DNA of 59,985 bases, taken from Oligoflexia bacterium (GTDB lineage: Bacteria > Bdellovibrionota > UBA1018). The notes under the pieces are model-generated. The model was not told where the DNA came from. It worked only from the letters and a program-made list of their open reading frames with translations, and ran no database searches. Shown one piece after another: positions 54,786 through 59,985 of the stretch. Each line of letters starts with the position of its first letter. The first letter of the stretch is position 1. A program made the translations under genes and the position numbers. The stretch lies in the NCBI GenBank assembly GCA_046317855.1, contig JBKCVM010000019.1:1-59985 (forward strand). Reading direction: 5' to 3'.

Positions 54786-54813
54786 ATGCTACGCTCCCTG
54801 TGGCCGCAGTCAA
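54786..54813 (-). promoter_or_regulatory. candidate sigma70 promoter for the 54773 gene
   Basis: TTGACT-N16-TAGCAT, then 12 nt to the ATG. Confidence 0.55.
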
Positions 54814-54883
54814 ACTACACAGGTAAAACCTGACACAGGGGCTACAAGAATGTGTTAGGCTCAATGCAAAGGCACTTAACGTC

Positions 54884-55516
54884 ATGAATCTGTCGCTTGC
54901 CCCAATTCTTCTTACGCTTCTGCTGGGTGCGGCCGCTCCGGCACAAGCAGGTTCAATTCAGGTCATGCTCTTTGGGCAACCTTGCCAGCTCCAGGGGCCG
55001 GCTTCGGTCTCAGACTCTCAGCTCAAGGCGATCCATCAAATCAGCCCCGAGCAGACGCCTCTGTCGGATTCTCTCCCAGTGCTTCAAAATTCGATCGAGA
55101 AACTCAAACTTTCTCCCGATCTTCCGCAGGGGTTAGCCCGGTATTTCGAGCAACGCTCGAAGGCCGCCCGCGTTCGCGTAGTATTCGAAGAGGGAGTGCA
55201 AGCAGCACGCAAAACTAGAAGCGGCGAGCAATTTGCAAAAACCATTCAACCGCTGATTTCACCCAAAAAATTGAAGCCCCTTGTGAAGGCCTTTGAGAGA
55301 GCTCTTAAAGCCGGAAACGCTCCCAGTGAATGGGAGCAGCTCAGATTCGATTTTGCAGAAGCATCGGAACCCGACGGTGAAGAAGAGTTTCACAGGGCGT
55401 TAAGAAAACTTAAAGTGAGCTACCACTGCTCGTTTGAATCCTTTGATCACGAAGCTGAGTCAGAGCCCTCAAGCGCGGACGGCAAAGGTCTCAATCAACC
55501 CACCGCGGATCATTGA
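54884..55516 (+). CDS. hypothetical secreted protein
   Basis: Cleavable signal (LLLGAAAPAQA|GS), two Cys, helical body. Confidence 0.7.
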   Translation: MNLSLAPILLTLLLGAAAPAQAGSIQVMLFGQPCQLQGPASVSDSQLKAIHQISPEQTPLSDSLPVLQNSIEKLKLSPDLPQGLARYFEQRSKAARVRVVFEEGVQAARKTRSGEQFAKTIQPLISPKKLKPLVKAFERALKAGNAPSEWEQLRFDFAEASEPDGEEEFHRALRKLKVSYHCSFESFDHEAESEPSSADGKGLNQPTADH

Positions 55517-56077
55517 AACGGCAATCGCGGCAAGCAGTAGCGCTGCAAGCTTGGAGAGCACTCCAGCACCGTCCTTTCCAAAAAGCTTGAATACTTTCTC
55601 AGAATTTCTGAGCAAGACCCATGCAATGACATAATTGGCGATCAGCGCAGCGATCGTCACCCGATAGCCAAACTCTCCTACCTGAAGAATGAGCGTCGTG
55701 AGTACTGCAGGTCCAGTGATCATGGGTACGGCAAGCGGCACAATTCCGGTGGAACCCGTCACACGGCTCTCGTGCTCCGGTTTTCCGACAAGATCAGCAA
55801 GAGAGATCAGCAGCAATACAAGTCCGCCCGCAATTTTAAAGTCCACCAACTGGATTCCGATCAACCGAAAAATCGATTGCCCAAGAAATAGGAAACCGAG
55901 CGCAGTGACCAAGGCAACTGCCATCGAAACGTCCACTACCCTTCGGCGCCCATCGGCCGGAATCGACCTCGAGATCCCAAAGTAGACCGGAAGTGCCCCC
56001 AAAATGTCGAGGGCAACAAAAAGCGCAGTAAATACAGTCAAAAAGGCTTTGAAACCCTCAGAATCAACCCACTGCAC
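55469..56077 (-). CDS. MarC (UPF0056) family membrane protein
   Basis: LFVALDILGALP, DFKIAGGLVLL, GIVPLAVPMITGPAVLT, KLAALLLAAIAVSMI. Confidence 0.92.
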   Translation of the reverse strand: MQWVDSEGFKAFLTVFTALFVALDILGALPVYFGISRSIPADGRRRVVDVSMAVALVTALGFLFLGQSIFRLIGIQLVDFKIAGGLVLLLISLADLVGKPEHESRVTGSTGIVPLAVPMITGPAVLTTLILQVGEFGYRVTIAALIANYVIAWVLLRNSEKVFKLFGKDGAGVLSKLAALLLAAIAVSMIRGGLIETFAVRA

Positions 56078-58754
56078 AGGTCACCTGGTGGGGCTCTACA
56101 AAATATTTACGGCAGACCTCTTGAATGTCGGATGGCCTTACTTTGGCCAGGCGCTCCATGACCTGCGCTTCGGTGGGTGGAACCAGTCCGTACAGAAGCT
56201 CAAGCCCGTAGTAGCTTGCCAGCGACGAGTCGCTCTGCATGTCCATTGCACGGCGGCCCAGAAAGTACTCGCGCGCTCGCTCCATCTCGGCCCGGGCGGG
56301 GCCCTTTTTAGCCAGCGTGCGCAGCACTGCATCGATGCCCTCGAGCGCCTTCTTTTCCTTGTCTGGAGAGCACGCAATGTAAACCCCCTGATACCCGGGT
56401 TCGACGCCTTCAAACCCCATCGGAGAAACCGTATAGGCAAGACTCTGCTTTTCACGGAGCTCAATGAAGAGCCTGCCACTTTGTCCACCCAGGATCGTGT
56501 GCAAGAGTCGGAGAGCATGCCGATCCTTGGAGTCGAGCGTGGCACCCAGCCCCCCTCGAATGATGTGGACCTGCTCACGTCCGAGCCGTTTTTCAGCCCA
56601 GCGCGGGCCAGGAAGTGGGGGTTCGGGCGCAATCGCCCCAATGATCTCACGGGCGGGGACCTTCTGGCGCACGGCCCTCCAGTGCTGCTCGAGTGTCGCC
56701 AGCCAGCTCTCAACCGCCGCACGAGAAATATTTCCGACGATCGAGACCACGCTCCGCTCAGGCCGGACCCATTGCCCAAGATAACGCTGGAGCTTTTGTG
56801 AACCAAAAGTAGAAACGCTCTTAAAAGAACCGGTACTGAGGGCTCCGTAAGGGTGCTGCAAAAACAGGCTCTCGAGAAAGTACTTGGAACAGAGCTGCCC
56901 CGAGTGGTCCTCGATCGTCCTGAGCGTGTCTTCCATCACCCGGCGCGAGTGCTGGACTTCTTCTTCAGGAAAAGTGGCGTTGACAAGAACGTCTTCAAAA
57001 AGCGTCGAAAGTTGGACGAAATCACGAGCCAAGCAAGTCAGGTGCAATCCCACCGTGTTACGGCCAGAAAATCCGTCAAGGCTAGCGGCTTTGCCTTCAA
57101 CTAGCTCAGCCACCTGCCGGGCAGTGCGAGTGGGTGTGCCTTTGGTCCAAGTCATCGCCATGCACTGGCTGACACCCCAGTCTTCGTCCCTTGAAAAAAG
57201 TGGATCGGCAAGCTCGAGCCTCAGGCCACCCAGCGATGCCACCTGAACGCTCACGACATGTGACTGCGGTCGGTAACGATGAATCACCTTGAGTCCTGAA
57301 GGCATCACCCATTCCTCATAAGGCGCCTTTTCAGGGACCTTGAGTGCGCGCGCTTTGGATTTCTCGGGATTGGCCTGGTTGAGATGCCTTCGTGCAAGGC
57401 GCTCGAGCATCGAGATGTCGATCTCACCTTCCATCTTTTTTGGAACCAAGAACGCGCCCGAGAGTCGCGCAGGCTCGAGTGTACGGGCAGCGACCTCACG
57501 GATGCGCTCGGGGGTCACTGAGCGGAGCTCAGACAAGTAGCGCTCGTCGTGGCCCAAATTCTCCATAACGAACCTCAGAAAACCTAGGCGTGAAGCAATA
57601 CCGTCGGCCGTTTGGAGAGCATAGAGCTTCTCACTTTCGGCATGCGCTAGCACTCGCTCGAGCTCCTGACGGGTGGGCTCGCGCTCGGTCGACTCCCGAA
57701 TCAGCCTGAACGCCTCGTCAAGCGCAGGCTCCATCTTAGCCGGCGAATCCACATCTAAATTGAAGTAGAACATGCCGGGATCCTTCGGCACGTACACTCC
57801 TCCGCTCACTTCGGTGACGAGCGCTTTTTCACTGAAAAGCGACTGATACAAACGCGAACTCTCGCCCAGCGTCAGTGCGCCCGAAAGGAGGTCGAGCGGT
57901 GCGATATCGGGATGGGTGAGCTCAGGCACGCGGAACGAGAAATTGACCGAGGGGAGCTGCACTTCAAAAAGCCGGCGCGCGACATGGATTTTTCCGCTCG
58001 AGAGCGGGTCAAATTTGCGCTTCACCCTGGCTACCGGCGCACGGCCTCGCTTAAAAACCTGGGAACCAAAATACTTTTCCATGAGGGCAAGCAGCTTCTT
58101 GACGCGCGCGCCCGAACCATCGGCGATGGGCCCAACCAAAATGAGGCCCATGCGCGAGGCTACGTAGTTGCGCCGATAAAAAGCTTCAAGCTTTGACACA
58201 GTTGCCGCACGCAAAGTCTTTTCAAAACCGATCACTGGGCGGCCGTAGGGATGCGTCTTAAAAGTCGAAGAAAAAAGCGCCTGAAAATGCTGCCGTTCAG
58301 GAGAGTCCTCGTTCTTCTTAAGCTCTTCGATAATCACTTCTCGCTCGCGCTCAAAGTCCGACTTCAAGAAGCGCTGGGGTCTGGCCATGACCGAGAACTC
58401 GCGGATCACCTGCTCCCAATGATGTTCCGCACAGGTGACGTGGTAGACTGTTTGGTCAAACGAAGTGTAGGCGTTAATGTCCCCGCCCAACGACTCGATG
58501 GCTCGAGCAGTCTTGCCGGTCGAGGCCATTCCGGTATCCTTGGCGTTGGCGTCTTTAAACAGCATGTGTTCCAAAAAGTGCGCAAATCCCTCCTCGCCCT
58601 TCTGCTCGTCGATGCTTCCTACCTGGTTCCACCAATAGAAAGAAGCCACCGCTCCATCAAAGTGCTGGAGAACAACAGGGATGCCGTTGCTCAGTGTTTC
58701 TTCAAAAGGACGATCGATAGGACAATTCATGTGCCGATTCATGTCAGTGTTCAT
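56064..58754 (-). CDS. M16-family (pitrilysin-like) zinc peptidase, single-chain two-half type
   Basis: Inverted zincin HFLEH, NAYTSFDQTVYH, EREVIIEE, HPYG, LREKQSLAY; no signal. Start at ATG 58754, 58742 or 58730. Confidence 0.93.
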   Translation of the reverse strand: MNTDMNRHMNCPIDRPFEETLSNGIPVVLQHFDGAVASFYWWNQVGSIDEQKGEEGFAHFLEHMLFKDANAKDTGMASTGKTARAIESLGGDINAYTSFDQTVYHVTCAEHHWEQVIREFSVMARPQRFLKSDFEREREVIIEELKKNEDSPERQHFQALFSSTFKTHPYGRPVIGFEKTLRAATVSKLEAFYRRNYVASRMGLILVGPIADGSGARVKKLLALMEKYFGSQVFKRGRAPVARVKRKFDPLSSGKIHVARRLFEVQLPSVNFSFRVPELTHPDIAPLDLLSGALTLGESSRLYQSLFSEKALVTEVSGGVYVPKDPGMFYFNLDVDSPAKMEPALDEAFRLIRESTEREPTRQELERVLAHAESEKLYALQTADGIASRLGFLRFVMENLGHDERYLSELRSVTPERIREVAARTLEPARLSGAFLVPKKMEGEIDISMLERLARRHLNQANPEKSKARALKVPEKAPYEEWVMPSGLKVIHRYRPQSHVVSVQVASLGGLRLELADPLFSRDEDWGVSQCMAMTWTKGTPTRTARQVAELVEGKAASLDGFSGRNTVGLHLTCLARDFVQLSTLFEDVLVNATFPEEEVQHSRRVMEDTLRTIEDHSGQLCSKYFLESLFLQHPYGALSTGSFKSVSTFGSQKLQRYLGQWVRPERSVVSIVGNISRAAVESWLATLEQHWRAVRQKVPAREIIGAIAPEPPLPGPRWAEKRLGREQVHIIRGGLGATLDSKDRHALRLLHTILGGQSGRLFIELREKQSLAYTVSPMGFEGVEPGYQGVYIACSPDKEKKALEGIDAVLRTLAKKGPARAEMERAREYFLGRRAMDMQSDSSLASYYGLELLYGLVPPTEAQVMERLAKVRPSDIQEVCRKYFVEPHQVTCAVG

Positions 58755-58821
58755 GCTGCCCGCTAGTTTCGCCGATTTTCGAAGTGACCGCCACACAAGA
58801 CCCAGGCTATTCAGGGGCGGC

Positions 58822-59946
58822 ATGAAGTTGGCGTCCCTCTACCTGCATTTTCCGTTCTGTGAAACGAAGTGCCACTACTGTGACTTCTACTCTATCGGGA
58901 GGGAACGAACAGCCGAGGGAGATGCTCCACTTTTCGAGAGGGCACTCCGCTCAGAAATTGAACTACAGGGCCACCGCCTTGCCCCCCATCTCGATACGAT
59001 CTTTATGGGCGGCGGCACGCCCAGCATGACCCCACCTGACTCAATGGCCCGCACCCTCGAGCCGCTCTGGACGTTCACGTCAGTCACTCCAGAAACGGAA
59101 TGGACGATGGAGGCCAATCCCTCTTCGGTCGATGAAGAACGCTTGCGCCAATACCGCGCTCTCGGGGTGAACCGCATCAGTATGGGTGTTCAGGCCCTGC
59201 GCGATGACTTACTGCTCCGGCTCGGAAGAGTTCACTCTCGAGACAAGGCACTCCAGGCGCTAGAATCGATCTTTGCCGCTGGCATGACCAACGTCTCAGT
59301 CGATCTTTTGTGCGGCGTTCCGGGCCAAAGCGTTGAGGACGTGGAACGCGCCATAGAAGAACTCACCCGTTTTCCGATCACGCATCTGAGCTGCTACCTT
59401 TTAACACTCCCAAAATCGCACCGCATGCACCGGGAGCTCCCGGACGAAGATGGACAGCTCGAGCACCTGCTTGCGATTGACCGCCTCATGCAGGCTAAGG
59501 GCTTTGATCACTACGAAATTTCTAACTTTGCTCGTCGCTCTGCAGACCAGGACTACCGAGCCCGTCACAACCTGAACTACTGGAAACGCCAGGGCTACCT
59601 GGGACTAGGCCCTTCGGCGCATTCTTTTGACCCCTCACAGGGATCGCACGGAGCCCGCTGGAAGAACATTTCAGCTCTGCACCGCTACGCCGAGGTCCGG
59701 CCGCCTGTCGAATGGACTGAAGAACTCACAGAAAAAGAGGCCCGGCTTGAGGACTGGATGCTCGCACTGCGCCTGAGCGATGGTTTTCCAGGAGGCTGGC
59801 TCGAAAAACCGGAACAGAGGCAAAAGGCCCGCTTGCTCGAGAAAGAAGGACTTCTTGAGCCCCACCCCCAACTCTCCGGGCGCCTGAGGCTCACTGCGCG
59901 GGGGTTTGCAGTGTCTGATCAAGTGATTGCAGCGCTGGCCAGTTGA
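58822..59946 (+). CDS. hemW: radical SAM heme chaperone HemW
   Basis: Start re-called to ATG 58822. LYLHFPFCETKCHYCDF, GGGTPS, EANP, YEISNF, HNLNYW, LGLGPSAHS. Confidence 0.92.
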   Translation: MKLASLYLHFPFCETKCHYCDFYSIGRERTAEGDAPLFERALRSEIELQGHRLAPHLDTIFMGGGTPSMTPPDSMARTLEPLWTFTSVTPETEWTMEANPSSVDEERLRQYRALGVNRISMGVQALRDDLLLRLGRVHSRDKALQALESIFAAGMTNVSVDLLCGVPGQSVEDVERAIEELTRFPITHLSCYLLTLPKSHRMHRELPDEDGQLEHLLAIDRLMQAKGFDHYEISNFARRSADQDYRARHNLNYWKRQGYLGLGPSAHSFDPSQGSHGARWKNISALHRYAEVRPPVEWTEELTEKEARLEDWMLALRLSDGFPGGWLEKPEQRQKARLLEKEGLLEPHPQLSGRLRLTARGFAVSDQVIAALAS

Positions 59947-59985
59947 CGATTGCGATCCAGTGCCCATAAAAGACCAGGACCGCGC

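Noticed and set aside
56004-56801. 265-aa and 222-aa alternative-frame ORFs over the M16 peptidase
   Set aside because: Overlap a well-supported gene and have unnatural composition.
1-59985. Very frequent CTCGAG, GAGCTC and GATC words
   Set aside because: Readily explained by CTC-GAG (Leu-Glu) and GAG-CTC codon pairs; no count against a codon-aware null model was possible, so not claimed as a methylation or uptake motif.
1-59985. CRISPR arrays, tRNA/rRNA/tmRNA, IS elements, prophage genes
   Set aside because: No regularly spaced repeats, cloverleafs, transposase or integrase motifs seen; intergenic gaps are all under about 140 bp.

Overview
Gene-dense, mid-50s %GC (estimated by eye) chromosomal window. 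Gene content and order point to a Bdellovibrionota/Myxococcota-like deltaproteobacterial lineage; this is an inference. Left end: partial sigma54 activator, parvulin PPIase, QEGLA/MATCAP metallopeptidase, a repeat-containing hypothetical gene, rplM-rpsI, agmatinase and a Cys-rich lipoprotein. Centre (7.1-33.6 kb): a contiguous type IVa pilus supercluster, ribF-pilB-pilT-pilC-pilR(no receiver)-[pilG reversed]-pilA-[pilH reversed]-pilI-pilD-FimT-like-pilMNOPQ-TPR-efp-accB-accC-TPR(SgmX/Bd2492 position)-tamB-Omp85. Right: glutamine synthetase III, a MoxR/DUF58/Bat operon headed by a 1362-aa lipoprotein, rpsF-rpsR-DUF2232-rplI-dnaB, tatC, cyclophilin, an apparently exported Ppx/GppA-fold protein, two hypotheticals, MarC, an M16 peptidase and hemW. 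I saw no rRNA, tRNA, CRISPR array, transposase or integrase. Most notable observations: (1) pilin regulation looks rewired, with pilS absent from the cluster, PilR reduced to an intact AAA+ domain with a clipped HTH, and no -24/-12 motif at pilA; (2) pilG and pilH are individually reversed around pilA; (3) sigma70-like promoters repeatedly sit 7-12 nt from start codons, suggesting leaderless or very short-leader mRNAs; (4) several uncharacterised exported proteins are embedded in conserved operons. Many start codons were re-called from the ORF track using RBS, overlap and homology logic. All family assignments are motif recognition from memory, not database hits.
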